A stretch of 64,000 bases of DNA from Octopus bimaculoides (lineage: Eukaryota), in NCBI RefSeq assembly GCF_001194135.2, contig NC_068986.1, positions 66,319,454 to 66,383,453 on the forward strand. Reading direction: 5' to 3'. The notes under the pieces are model-generated. The model was not told the origin of the DNA. It did not search any database and was given only the letters and a program-made list of their open reading frames with translations. Of this stretch, positions 39,833 to 53,446 are shown piece by piece. Each line of letters begins with the position of its first letter. The first letter of the stretch is position 1. Made by a program: the position numbers and the translations under genes.

Positions 39833-39994
39833 TTTCTTCTGAGAAAAGTGCTATTGCAGAGCCACCTAAAGCTGGAACCTTGCAGTATTCAAATGCTTCA
39901 GTCCTTAGGAAGGATGCACTTTCTAATTCTGGACTGATTAACAAGACTGTGTTAAGCCCTCCAATGTTATCTGCTGCACCTCTTCAACCAGTGA
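39833..39994 (+). CDS. ALAS: ALAS coding exon 3 (variable N-terminal linker)
   Basis: ttttcag|TT TCT TCT GAG...PLQPV A|gtaagt; 162 nt, phase 1-1, open frame joining both neighbours. Confidence 0.75.
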
Positions 39995-40267
39995 GTAAGT
40001 TCTGTCTTAGTACAGTAGCTGGAGTGAAAATCCAAGAAAGGGATCAACCTAATGGAAATGATGGATCATCACTTGGTAAGAATTACATATTTTCATTAAA
40101 AAATTTTGTATTGGAATTCTAGAACTACAAGCATTTGGATACCTTATTACTATGTGTCTGTTTCTTTGATTGATAACATCAACACATTGTAATGTGTCCA
40201 TAGCTGAGAGGTTTAACTGTCAATGATTCAATTTGTTTTCTCATAGATAGGTACCAAAGACTAACAC

Positions 40268-40315
<48 letters not shown>

Positions 40316-41159
40316 ATGTGTTCATATCTGATAGGTTTGACTGTCAATGACTCTGTTTAGTCATAGATAAGTACAAAAGAGAGTACTACAGCGAGATCTC
40401 TCTCATAAGCAATTGAAGCATTGTAATATTGTCAAATGTTTAATTCATTTTCAGTTCTTAGGGGGACTTCTGTAGATATAACATAGAGAGGGGCAACTCC
40501 TGGAAACAGATAGAAATACACTGATAGTTTATTGTTCTGTTGTTTTAACGCTCTCTCACTTTACTGAATTTTAAACTTCATTCTTAATGGGTTAATAAAA
40601 TATATATTCGTGTTACTGATTATCAGCAGTTGGGTAAAAACTGCTGAACTGGTGGAATGATTTGATCTGGCAGTCAGGTACATTGCAGCTTTTCTCTCAA
40701 ATAGAACAAGTCAATGCAAGAGCTTCTTTACTGAAGCAATGAGGTATCTATGTCAGTGTGTTAATGAAGGTATTTGCCCCTTTTATTTTCTGTGGATGTG
40801 AGGCAGATGGTCTCATAGCTTTCCTAATAAATAAGGATGATGTTAATCCTGTTAATGTTCAATTGTTTAGCTATTATAATAGACAATTTGGACAATGGGG
40901 ATGCTCTACATCGTAGATTTCTTCAATTATTTGACAAGGGAGATATAGCAATAGTGTTAAGAAGAGAAATAGAAGTTACTTTAAATGAGTTTTGTTTACA
41001 GATTGTAACTTGGGGAGAAAGGCAATTGCAGTAGCAGTAAGAGAGCAAGAGAGAGAAAGGCTGAACAAGCTTGAAAAGTAGCAGATTAGTGTTTGAATAT
41101 TATTACTAAGAAAAGGCTTGCAGTCAGTACAAGATGTGGGAGTTAGTGGGGCATTGATA

Positions 41160-41412
41160 TTCTTGACCCCATGCTGGTGGCACGTAAAAAGCACTACCCG
41201 AATGTGATCGATGCCAAGCCTGGCTCCTGTGACAGTGGCATGTAAAACGCACCCACTACACTCTTGGAGTGGTTGGTGTTAGGAAGGGCATCCAGCTGTA
41301 GAAACATTTCCAAATCAGACTGGAGCCTGGTGCAGCTGCTGGTTCTCCAGACCTCAGTCAAACCGTCCAACCCATCCCAGCATGGAAAATGAACGTTAAA
41401 CGATGATGATGA
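41160..41412 (+). mobile_element. RTE LINE 3' UTR/tail fragment ending in (GAT)n
   Basis: Reverse complement of 54010-54360; ends aacgttaaacgatgatgatga. Confidence 0.75.
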
Positions 41413-41434
41413 AATCCTTATTTGTTACTTTCAG

Positions 41435-41657
41435 GAAAATCTCAATTTTTTGATTATGAGAAGTTTTTTGAGCAGCAAATTGAGAAGAAGAAACAAAACC
41501 ACTCCTATCGAGTTTTTAAAAAGGTCTTAAGAAAAGGAGAAGATTTTCCATTTGCTGAAGAACATCATGATCTGAAGCAGAAGAAGGATATCACAGTATG
41601 GTGTAGTAATGATTATGTTGGAATGAGCTGGCACCCTGTTGTAAAGAAAGCAGTTCG
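41435..41657 (+). CDS. ALAS: ALAS coding exon 4
   Basis: FDYEKFFEQQIEKKK...SYRVF...WCSNDYVGMSWHP; donor CG|gtcagt. Confidence 0.95.
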
Positions 41658-42327
41658 GTCAGTATACGTTGAATATTAACTTTCTAAATGTTGGTTAAAT
41701 TAATTTTCTTTCTTTTTTTTTTTTCCTTTTTAATTATTTGACAGCTTAGTAGTCTACATCAATATATTGACATTACACAAAAACGAAACAAAAACATTAA
41801 ATTACTAACAGTGTCACACATTGAAGTTGCTTTAAAAATATCAATTATTCTATCTTAGAATTAAGTGAGTGGAACTGTGGTGGGGGTGCATGTGCACTGC
41901 AGTGGCAGCTGGCTGGCTTGATAAAAAGTTGATCTACTGTACAACAGGTTAGGTTAAAACTTTATCCTATTAGTGGTGTTGTGCTTTATTTTTGACCAAG
42001 GTACCTAACTTTCAAATGACTTTATCCATGTCACTATCAGTTAGTGCCATAGGCAGCTACATGAAGAAAAAGTCTGGAATTTAACACATATACATATTAA
42101 TGTGTGTATGTGATTCTTAGAAGCTAACTACCACTGATAGGTTTTTCATAGTATTTATACCATTTTATTTACGTCCTGGATTAGATTGATCTAGAAATGT
42201 AGAAGAAACCTTTTTTTATGCTAATAAAATGTGGTTTGCTTGAAGCATTGTATATGATATGTGACACTGAAAGAGTTAGAAGGCCAAACAATGCAAAACG
42301 GACTGTTATTGTTGGTCTTTTATGTGT

Positions 42328-42363
42328 CCAGTATTTCGGGACCTAAAAGTCCCTTCATCAGGG
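42328..42363 (-). ncRNA. Minimal hammerhead-like motif, second family (degenerate)
   Basis: CC CTGATGA A GGGAC-TTTTAG-GTCCC GAAA TAC T GG. Confidence 0.6.
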
Positions 42364-43480
42364 TTTAAGGTTTATGTTATTTTTTTATCACCTAGATTCT
42401 GTTTTTGACCCTACCTATTTCTTCATGAAAACTTGACATGTACCTGTGCCTTTGCTTGGTGGACTGAATTTTGTAGATCATTATATTTTGACCAAAGACA
42501 TAATATATTATTTGTGGTTGAGTTTGGAACATGTGATCAGCTTCTCCACTCAATCCTTACCAATTTATCTTATTAAGGTATATGAAAAAATTGTTTATGA
42601 AATGCAATAAATATTTTTTTTTATATTTAATCTAATTCAATTACTTCATTGTACCCATGACTGCTTCAGCAAGCTGTTATTCGATATCATAAACATATTG
42701 GGAGTTGAACCCAGCAATATAGAGTAATAAAACACCTGTTTACAGATAAGAGCTATACCTCTTGATGAGATTTATCAAAAGCTAGCTGGATTAAGCTAGC
42801 AAGAATTATGACACATCACAACACAGCTCAGCAAAGAGAAATGAGATATAAATTTCCAATCTTTTGGTTAGTATTTCAACATTCCTAATGAGTCACCCGT
42901 CTGCAGTTGTTGCTCAGCGTAGAAGTCAGTATGTGTTTCACTACACAGCAATCATTATTAACTTTGTTGATAGCACAACTTTATCTTAAACCCTGTATAT
43001 AACCAGTCAGAAAGTTACCAACAATTTCACATCTACTGTTGGCAATATTGGTGACTCTTCAGACATGCTGGCCAGAAGTTGTATACTTTCAGCCTGCATG
43101 TCTAAAAAATCATCAATATTACCAAGTGCAAAAGTCGCTAACTTTCTGACCAGCTATATGCAATGGTCAGGAATATATTGCTCATCAATATAAATGTGTG
43201 CGTGTGTGAGATTTTGTGTTTGTTTCCCACCACCATCACTTTTGATTAACAACCAGTGTTGGTTTCTTTCCCCTTGTTACTTAGAGATTTGGCAAAAAAA
43301 AACAGTAGAATAAGTACTGGGGTTGATTTGTTCAACCAAAGCCTGTCATAGCTACACTCCATTGACTGAAAAAAATAAAAGATAAAATGTGTGTGCACAT
43401 ATATGTAATGTTACTACTTACTAACTACTGTCAAAGGTGCTCTGATGATTTCATTTTGTATCTAATTTTGTATCTTTCAG

Positions 43481-43665
43481 AGAAGCTTTGGAAAAACATG
43501 GTGCTGGAGCAGGTGGTACTCGTAATATCTCTGGTAATTCTCCATTGCATGAGTTACTAGAGAAAGAGATTGCTTCTCTCCATAATAAAGAAGCTGCCTT
43601 ACTGTTTACATCCTGTTATGTAGCAAATGACTCAACACTTTGTACCTTAGGCAAGCATTTACCAG
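43481..43665 (+). CDS. ALAS: ALAS coding exon 5
   Basis: [13 protein letters not shown]...[15 protein letters not shown]; tttcag acceptor, G|gtaagt donor. Confidence 0.95.
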
Positions 43666-45049
43666 GTAAGTTTGTGACACCTTTTTTTTTGTATACTTTA
43701 CTGTAATTTCTTGTATAGTAAATAAATTAGAGGTAGTCAATGTAGATTGAAAATTAAACCTTTTCTGAATATTCATACTCAGTTTTCATAACCTTAAACA
43801 GATGAGATACATCTATCTATAGGGAGGGTACTGGTCTATCACAAGTAACTTTTCTTATGCAACACATTTAATTCAGTACTGAAAGCCAGCAAAATAGTAA
43901 ACTCCATTGGACTACTGCCAACACTTGTGAATTATACCATCCTGTGGTACTCATTTAGGACACTGTTGATTTAGATGTGATCTTAATGTATTTGCCATGG
44001 ACACAACACAGTACTGGTGACACAATCTCAAAGTGTTATGCCATTGGTTAGTTTTCTAGTTTCCTATTGACTTGGCTAACTTTTTATAGAAACTCAAATG
44101 AATAAAACACAATATCCAAAGATATGGTTTTTGAGGTTGTGTATACTTTCTAAATTAATGTTGAAATTGTAAAATTATCATCATCATGACCATCACAAAT
44201 TTCATATGACCATCTTTGCATCTTATCCTGTAAGCAAGTATCTAACAATCAAAATTATGTGTTCCTGCAAAGAAACTGCTGTTCTTATTCAAATAGCGAT
44301 AGATCTCACTATCTCTATATTCTAGAAGTTTGGGATAAATTGCAGCATATATTGCCTGTCATGCAGGGTATGTTTCAGGTGCAGGTGATGTTGATGTTAG
44401 ACCAAACTCTGTACTTTTTCCACTCAATCAATGTCTTAAAAATTATTCTTGGAAAAGTTTTATGTTTATTTGATGCCAAGAAATGAGTAAATGCCTTTGT
44501 ATTATAAAAAATTTCAAAAATGCAAGTGGCAGTTTTAATTAGAAATTACTTCACTTGCATTTGACAAAGGCAGGTGCAATATTTACACGTTATTTTAGTT
44601 ATCAATAGTTGCGATAATATATATTAGGTATGGTCAAGGTGCAAGCATGGCTGTGTGCTAAGGTTTGCTTCCTCATCACATAGTCCTGGGTTGAGTCCCA
44701 CTGCATGGCACCTTAGGCAAGTGACATCTACTATAGCTCCAGACCAACCAAATTCTTGTTGGTGGATTTGATAGACAGAAGCTGAAAGAAGCCTGTCGTG
44801 TGTGTGCTTATATCTTCTTGTCTTGACATTGCATGAGAGATGTAAATAGTTATCTTTGTCATACAAGAAGTATCATTCATTTTCATTATTCTGCCGGAAC
44901 ATGCCCGGCTATGGAAAAATATATTACTTTGCTTGGAATCAGGTGAGGATTGGTGACTGGAAATGATATCTAGCCATAAAAATTCTGCCTTAATAAACAC
45001 CATCTAACCCATGCAAACATGAAAGAATGGATGTTAAGATGATGGTAAT

Positions 45050-45084
<35 letters not shown>

Positions 45085-45220
45085 NNNNNNNNNNNNNNNN
45101 NNNNNNNNNNNNNNNNNNNNNNATATATATAGTTGAAATTTGCAGAAAAACAAAAGTCGAAGACAGGTGTATAAAAAACAAGTAGGTGTATTAGTTTGAT
45201 GCTCGGGAAGGTGAGAAAGT

Positions 45221-45256
45221 CTTTTATGTTTCGAGCCTATGCTCTTCAACAGAAAG
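45221..45256 (-). ncRNA. Minimal hammerhead-like motif, third family (CUGUUGA core variant)
   Basis: CTTT CTGTTGA A GAGC-ATAG-GCTC GAAA CAT A AAAG; stem I CTTT/AAAG. Confidence 0.55.
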
Positions 45257-46597
45257 GAACACGAGGAAATAAACAGAGAGAGAATAAAAAAAAACTTGTG
45301 GATTTAGCGGTCAATCAATATATTTCACTTATTGATAGATGTGAGATATTTAAAAATTGTTTTAAATATCGAGAAGAAACCTCAGAAGGTGAGGAATCTG
45401 ATTGTTGGTCTGCATCAGCAAGACATATTCAGAGAAAACATATGGTAAAGAAATTATCAAAATTGCTATTAAGTCATGTCAGAAAGAGGAATCAATGTTT
45501 CAAGCAAAGCTCATTATCAAGATTGAAACGACAAAATCGTGGGAATTTAAGTGTAGTAGTTAAAAATTCAAATCAATTATTGATAGATACATACAATTAT
45601 CAGTTAGTTCAGCTATTAGTCAATGTCAGCATGCTACTTATAATTTATTTTAGCTATAGGTATGATAATGCAGGTGGGATATTTACAAATTACCCCAGTT
45701 ATTGACCCATGTGAATATGTAGTTGTGGTATTTACAAATGAGTTTAGCTACCAATAAATAATTGGCTACTAACTATCATTATGTTAACAATATCAAATAG
45801 ACTCTAAGATGTTGATTTCATGCTTCAATGAGGACATGCTGGTTTGTGTTTAGCTATTGATATTTGACTTTATTGGCTACTATATGTCTGAACAATGTGA
45901 GTTGTGCTTCAAGTTCAGGTATAAAAATCTCTAATTTGTACACTCTTTTCCACAACAAAATAAAAAATAATAATAACCCATGTCACTATATAATATTAAT
46001 TGGTGAAAATCAATTACCTCGGCCCAGAAGCTTGCAATGACATTCAGAATTACAGAATTGTCTAACCTTTATTGGAATGAAAAAACAAAATAAATGGAGG
46101 AATTTTGCTGAAATTTGAGTGTGTTATGTTTCTTATTTGCTTAATACAATTGAACCTAGAGCTTAACAACTATTTTAGGAACTTCTGTGAATCCTGGAGA
46201 CACTATTTTTAGCATCATAAGTAGTTAAATAGCCAATAAATATCAGATGGAAGCTTGAAAGATAAGATTGTATATGCATATTCAAAGCAAAGGTATGAAA
46301 TAAAAATTATATTTATTGCTAGAAAAGGAAAAGTCTTCTACTAAAAGCTTATGAGTTCTTAAGGCAGTGTAGCTAATGAAACATTGCTGGAGAGAAGACA
46401 TTGAACAGTTACAACTTAGATATTTCTAATATATGCTTGATATTAAATTGATAATGATAATCATGGTGTGTGTGTACACAAGTGAAGGCACATGGCCCAA
46501 TGGTTAGGATATTCAGCTCCCAATCATAAGATAAGGAGTTCAATTTCTGACTATAGATATATTCACATGATGTTCAACCCATGCTAATATGGAAAAC

Positions 46598-46925
46598 ATG
46601 TGGCTGTGTGGTAAGAAGCTTGTTCTGGGTTCACTCTCACTGCATGGCATCTTGGGCAAGTGCCTTTTACATCATGTGAATGGATTTGGTAAACAGAAAC
46701 TGAAAGAATCCCTTGTGTGTGTGTTTGTCCCTTACCACCGTTTGACAACCAGTGTTGGTTTATATCTCTGTAACTTAGCAGTTCTGTAAAAGAGACTGAT
46801 AGAATAAGTACCAGGTTTAAAAGAAAATAGGTACTGGGGTCGATTCATTCAGTTACAAATTCTTCAAAGCAGTGCCCCAACATGGCTGTAATCTAATGAC
46901 TGAAACAAGTAAAAGATGAAAGATA
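46598..46925 (+). mobile_element. tRNA-derived SINE, family A; further copies at ~38600-38830 and 44645-44800
   Basis: Matches 23070-23483. Confidence 0.8.
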
Positions 46926-47746
46926 AAGTTGTTTTACTCAGCTAAATGTACCTTGTGTCTAAGCATGCTCTTGTGCTTGAGCTTGTCTCATTTCCCATAG
47001 TGATGAGCAGATGAAAAACACACTTTCTCAGGTAGATTTGGAGTTAGATGACAAAGCTCCTGTCATGTAGTAGATCTTTTATTCCCCACAGAGAAATAGT
47101 TTTGATAGAATTCAAGCTTCACAGTATAAACAAGCCAACTTCTTGAGGAGCAAACACCCAAATATTCAGATTTAGCACACCTATGTTAATTGATACTGGA
47201 TATACAGTGAAATTGTTATTTAATGCTATCAATTTGTAATGTCTGCATGAATAGACAACTTAGTCAATTAACAAAAGATTTTTTTTCTATATGTATTCTC
47301 TAAATTTTGGTTTAAAATCAGTTTTATGTGTTTGACTAGTGAAAGCCTCAATTATCTACAAATCTTTTTAATGTTATCCTAATGATTTTGACTGGCAATT
47401 AGTCCACACTAAGTTTACAAATATAAAGTTGACTGGCTAGGATATATTTAAGTATGAATGGGTTAAATTTGCCTGATCTTACAAACCTTAGATATTTTGG
47501 CTACAGTCATGGTCTGGTAAATAACCTATACAAAAGAAGTTTTGATTTAATTGAGTATAGATATGCAGGAGAGATTGAGCATGTTTATGTAACCCATTGT
47601 ATAAAATTCTAAAGCCAATTCTTACATGAAAACTTCATGGTGGTATAAGTAGCAACAAGGAGAGAAGTAAAAAAATTTTTTTAATCTTTTATCATTTGAA
47701 TAAACTGTTAAATAAATCTATGGAACAGCATATCTCTTTGTGTGTG

Positions 47747-47807
<61 letters not shown>

Positions 47808-47932
47808 CATATGTGTGTAGGTGTGGCATGAAGTGTGTCTCTAATGTGAATATGCATTATGTAATATATATATATTATCTATCTGTGTGTATGTGTATAT
47901 AAATATGTTTGTGTGTGTACATCTTTGGTATG

Positions 47933-47978
<46 letters not shown>

Positions 47979-48309
47979 AAAAAGGTAAAGACCCCCTTTG
48001 TTCATGAATAACCATGGGATTGCACCTAGAAAGTTCTCAGAGGCACAAGTCTGGGCAAGGTTGCCACTGGGCACAAGTCTGGCAAGGGAAAGGTAAAGGC
48101 CAATACAGATTGGCATCAGTGACATCGCCACTCATTTCTACAGCTGAGTGAACTGGAGCAATATGAAATAAAGTGTCTTGCTCAAGAATACAACACACAG
48201 CCTGGTCTGGGAATCAAACTCACTACTTCATGATTGTGAGCCCTATACTATAACTCATGAGCCATGTGCCTTTGCTATATATATACACACACACACACAC
48301 ACATATTTT

Positions 48310-48356
<47 letters not shown>

Positions 48357-48718
48357 GTGTGTGTATGTATATATATATATAACATTCAGTATATATATAT
48401 ATAAATATATATATANNNNNNNNNNNNNNNNNNNNNNNNNNNNNNNNNNNNNNNNNNNNNNNNNNNNNNNNNNNNNNNNNACTGAATGTCCAGTCTTTTA
48501 GTTTTAACTTTGATGTGCTTTGCAATTTTTAAGTTAGTTAAACTAAAGCTGTTCTTTTTTTTTCTTTTGTAGTATTTTTAGATTTCCAGTTTATTACTTT
48601 CATATTCTTAACTCTTTAGATAGAAATCTGTATTTCTAAGTTCTATTTTTTGCTTAATTGTTAGTAACTTTAATACATAATATTAACAAGTTACAATTAT
48701 AGTGCTTATAGCATTTAA

Positions 48719-48936
48719 CCCTTTAGCATTCAGGTATTCTGTCAACTGTAATGCTTATTTATCCACATTTTTTTAATTACTCCTGGATTATCTCATAGCT
48801 TTAAGATTTCTATTGTATTATTATCTATTTTTGGCATGACTTTGTAGGATAGGTGGGAAAGGCCAGATCTAGTCTATTTGAATATAAAACAGCTAGAATA
48901 TCTGAGCTTGATATGGTCGTTTTAAACATCAAAGGG
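48719..48936. mobile_element. piggyBac-like MITE
   Basis: TTAA|CCCTTT...AAAGGG|TTAA termini; a related end lies at ~4188. Confidence 0.75.
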
Positions 48937-49688
48937 TTAAATCAAAACTTAAATACATTAGGGTGCTAAAAATAGCCCAATGATTCACTGGCTAAATAAC
49001 TGTATGCTTTCAGTCAAATATAAGAAATGTATTATTTATTAGTCTAATTACAAATAGGAGTTGAGGTGCCATAAACTGAGAAGTTTCAGCTGAAGGTTTT
49101 ATGTATTGACTCTGCAGCTCTGCACTGCAAAGGATGGTGCGGGGAAAAAAATATGAGGACCTAATATATTAAATTTTTGCCACCTTTCCATATATTATAT
49201 ATATAGCTTGACATTTTGCACTCCCCTTTTTTATGTCATATTCTATATTGTAACTTTTGGGAATAATTAACAATTTTTTTCTAGTAGTGTTACCAAGGAG
49301 GGTTTTAGCTTTCATTTTATCTATGAAACTGGGTCCTAATCTCTGAAATTCTAAGTGGACTTTCATATCATTATTGACCATGATGTTTAAATGCTCTGGG
49401 ATTTTGAAGACATTTTACATTGTTATTTTGTGTAATTTTAATGCTCAGACATTTCCTTAACAACTTTCTTATACTCAGACTTTCCTGCAAAATCTCATTG
49501 CTGCACACCATACAATTCAATCCTCTCTAGACACTTTACATATCTTCTTCACAACCAAAAAACTACTCACAAAGAGAGCATGTCTGATCATGTCTATGTT
49601 ACCTATATAAGGAGTATTTATTTAACTAATTGATTGTGCTTACCCTATAACATATTTTCACACACTCACACACATTCATAGACAGATA

Positions 49689-49883
49689 TGAAGGAATGCT
49701 GCAAAGTTCATGGCTTTAAGAGTATTGTGAAAGGCCTGGTTGGAGGTCCAACCTTTTGAGTCCTTTTATGGGGCTTAGAAAAACTGAAGGACCACTGCAG
49801 TAAGTGTGTGAATCAGAAAGGGAATATGTTCAATAAAATAGTAATTAACTGATCCTCCTGTATTTTCTTTTATCCAAAGCCAT
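49689..49883 (+). mobile_element. mariner-derived MITE, right end interrupted by a SINE
   Basis: aaagttcatggcttt / aaagccat inverted ends; internal KLKDHCSKCV..KGEYV resembles the mariner C-terminus. Confidence 0.55.
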
Positions 49884-50209
49884 GGTTTCAATTCACAGAC
49901 CAGGCATTGTGTTGTTCTTGAGCAAAGCACTTCATTTCACATTGTTCTGCAATCATTTCGTCATCTGACATGTGGCACACAGTGCACCTGTACAGGTAAT
50001 ATTGATTTGATGGAGGGAGTGAGCTTATGAGAAGACAAAAGTTTGATCAATATAAACAAATCATCTGTGTGGTTGTTCAGCAAGAAATTGCCAAACCTTC
50101 ATACGTTGTCTAACAACAAGAGAGTCCATGATATATATATATATATATGAGTAAAAGAGTCAAAAGGAAGAGTATGTATATATGACTTGTTTTTTTCTTT
50201 CTGTTTTAG

Positions 50210-50389
50210 GCGTCCAACTTTTCTCTGATGCTGGTAATCATGCTTCTATGATACAGGGTATCCTCAATAGTAGAGCACCAAAGCATATTTTCAACCATAA
50301 TGATCCTCTCCATCTTGAACAATTACTCAGGAAGGCTGATCCAGGCATTCCCAAAATTGTGGCCTTCGAGACTGTACATTCAATGAGTG
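50210..50389 (+). CDS. ALAS: ALAS coding exon 6
   Basis: [14 protein letters not shown]...FNHND...[13 protein letters not shown]. Confidence 0.95.
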
Positions 50390-51775
50390 GTATGCTTTTC
50401 TTGTTTCCCTTTTTTTTCTCATTACTCTTTATTAAGAAACAGTTATTGTGAACTTACATTATTTCAGAACTGATCACATGAACTTACTCTTCATCTACCC
50501 ATGTTTTTCTCACAGTCCCTGATCTGCAATTGTTCAAACCCTAGTATCAATGAATCAATCTGACCAGTCATCAAGGTCATAGTCTAAGGTTAAGGCCACT
50601 TCCTTTGACTTATATATCAAAAATTTCTTCTTATTTTATAAAAACTTTCCATAACTAAGCAATGATTGAGCTCCTACAAATTAGAAACAGCAGCCAAATC
50701 TCAGTTGCATCTCATCATCTTAAAAGGAAACAGACACATTAGAAAAGATAATTCTAGATACCATCTCCCAAAAATGGGATGGTTTAACTGCTGGAATGCT
50801 TTTAATCATAGGTTTGCTCAACCAACTACTACTTTGTCTTTTTTTTATGCTACCTTCTGACCCCCTGGGTGCGTTTAGTAGAGTATACTCTGTTGTAAGC
50901 TTGCTAAAAAATATTTATTAGCAACAGAATCAATATTAGTACCGAGAAGTAATATTTATCCACACTTAAACATGGATGTTCTGTTAGAACAAACTATACT
51001 GTGGGAGATAAAACTCCCCACTAGCAATTTAAACAAGAGTGCATTTTGCACCAAAAGGCTGAGATGAGAGTTTCTTTCATGGTAACTGCTACTGTATACT
51101 TTGTCCTTAATGGACTGTTTCCTACTGCAAGACATGAGTTCCATTTTATTCCTGTTTTCAACTACCAATCTTGATGGAATAGGTTAACTGAGTACAGGCG
51201 TTTTGGCATCATAGACTGACACATACAGAGAAACAGACAGGCAATCAGAACTATTAAAATTTATTGAAATGATAAATGAAAGAGATAAAATATGGAGTTA
51301 GCTCATTTTTACATGTCATGCATACATAGAAAAGATTATTATTATTATTATTATTAACAAAAGATTTATTTTAAATATCGCAAAATGAAGCCTTCAACTT
51401 TTCAGTCAGTAATTATGAACGTCTCAGTTTTGTTTTTTGGTTGTTTTTTTTTTGCTCATTTAGTTCTTATGTAGAAGAAAAACTAAATATTTTCTGTGCA
51501 AAAGTGTTTCATACAAAATGGGTTTTGTGCAGAATTAACAGTGCCTTGCTCATTTGAAACAATACTGCCCTGTGTCAAAAGTCAAATTGCTGACTTTGGA
51601 GAGTGTAACTAGGATTAAAACTTTCTCATTTATACCAACAATGTAATGAATTATGTCTACATGTTCAGAATGAGAAAAGAGCAGCCATCCAATACAATAT
51701 AAAAACTAAATTGCATTAAGAATGAACTTTATATTTTCTTTTATACAATGTTGTCTTATTTTATTTCTACATCAG

Positions 51776-51940
51776 GTGCTGTGTGTCCTCTTGAGGAACT
51801 CTGTGATATTGCCCATAGATATGGAGCATTGACATTTGTGGATGAAGTTCATGCAGTTGGTCTGTATGGAGAGAATGGAGCTGGCATTGGTGAAAGAGAT
51901 GGCGTCATGCATAAAATGGATTTAATCACTGGGACTTTAG
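51776..51940 (+). CDS. ALAS: ALAS coding exon 7
   Basis: [14 protein letters not shown]...[13 protein letters not shown]...DLITGTLG. Confidence 0.95.
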
Positions 51941-52065
51941 GTAATTCTTCAAAACAAAATAGTTTTACCACTAGTGTGCATTCATCAGGTTGTTGTCTTC
52001 TGGTTTTGTGCTTTTATTCATGCATTGTTGAGCTTAGGTTAAATAATTCCGTAGTAGATAATAAT

Positions 52066-52794
52066 GTGTGGCTGTGTAGTAAGAAGTTTGCTTCCCAGCC
52101 ACACAGTTATGGATTCAGTTCCACTGTGTGGCACATTGGGTAAGTTTCTTCTACTATAGCCCCAGGCCAACCAAAGTTTTGTAACTTGATTTTGTAGATG
52201 AAAACTAAAAGAAGCCCATTGTGTATATGTGTGTGGCAACTGGTATTGACTTATTTGTCTGTAACTTAGCAGTACAGCAAAAGAGCCCAATAGAATAAGT
52301 ACTAGACTTTAATACTTAAGTACTGGATGCTGGTTTGTTTGACCAAAACCTTTTGTGATAGTGCTCCAGTATGGCCACAGTCCAATGATTGAAACAAAAG
52401 ATAAAAGATTGTCAACACAACAATCAGTAAACTCAATGTAAAACTCTTAAAATTCTTAAAAGCACAGCCATGACTTTAAAGCTAAGAAGTTTACTCCACA
52501 ACCAAGTATTTCTAGGTTCCTTCTCACTGCATGATACTTTATGCAAAAGTTTATTACCTTACCTTCAAGTCAACAAAGTCTTAGAAAATTGGTAGAAGAT
52601 AACTGCAGAAACTCCTCCGAATATATATACAGGCACAGGCGTGGCTGTGTGGTAAGAAGCTTGCTTCCAAACCACATGGTTCCAGATTCAGCCCCTCTGT
52701 GTGGCACCTTGGGCCAGTGTCTTCTTTAATAGCCTCAGGCCAACCAAAGCCTTGTGAGTGAATTTGGTAGATAGAAACTGAAAGGACCCTGTTG

Positions 52795-52829
<35 letters not shown>

Positions 52830-53035
52830 TTGCCCCCACCCCACACCATCAATAGACAACCGATATTGGTGTTTATATGTCCCCATAACTTGGCAGTTCA
52901 GCAAAAGAAACCAATGGAATAAGTACTAGGCTTACAAAGAATAAGTGCTTGAGTCAATTTCTTCGACTAAAAAACCCTTAAAGGCAGTGATCCAGCATGG
53001 CCACAGTCAAATGACTGAAACAGGTAAAAGAAATA
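52066..53035 (+). mobile_element. Two successive SINE A copies (52066-52410, 52634-53035)
   Basis: Both match 23070-23483. Confidence 0.85.
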
Positions 53036-53446
53036 ATAAAAAAATAGATGGTGGGGTTGTATATTGGTGGAGGATAACAGAATCAATGTGCCAAGCAAAA
53101 AAACCTCTTGATATAGGATTCTAATATTTTATGTCCAAATAGAGGCCCTTTTTTTTTTCCTTGGTAAATTAAGTACCAATGTATTGAATTTAATATAACC
53201 GATTAAATTCTTTGAAAACAAAAGTCCATCATAGCTGCTATCCAGTGACTGAAACCAGTAAAAGAATATTGACAAAGAAACACTTAAAGTATTAAACAAC
53301 ATTTTATCTTATTTAATAAGTAAAATAGAATTAAACAGTATACTATTTCATCTTTGGCTGTTGCTAAAATGGATGATGAAATTTTGTCTGGTTTGCTAAT
53401 GGTTTTGCCAGCTCACTGCCCTAACAAGTAATGTAATAATAGTTAA

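Noticed and set aside
45196-45705. 169-aa ORF
   Set aside because: Begins in the antisense strand of a repeat, has no motifs or splice support, and has AT-biased composition.
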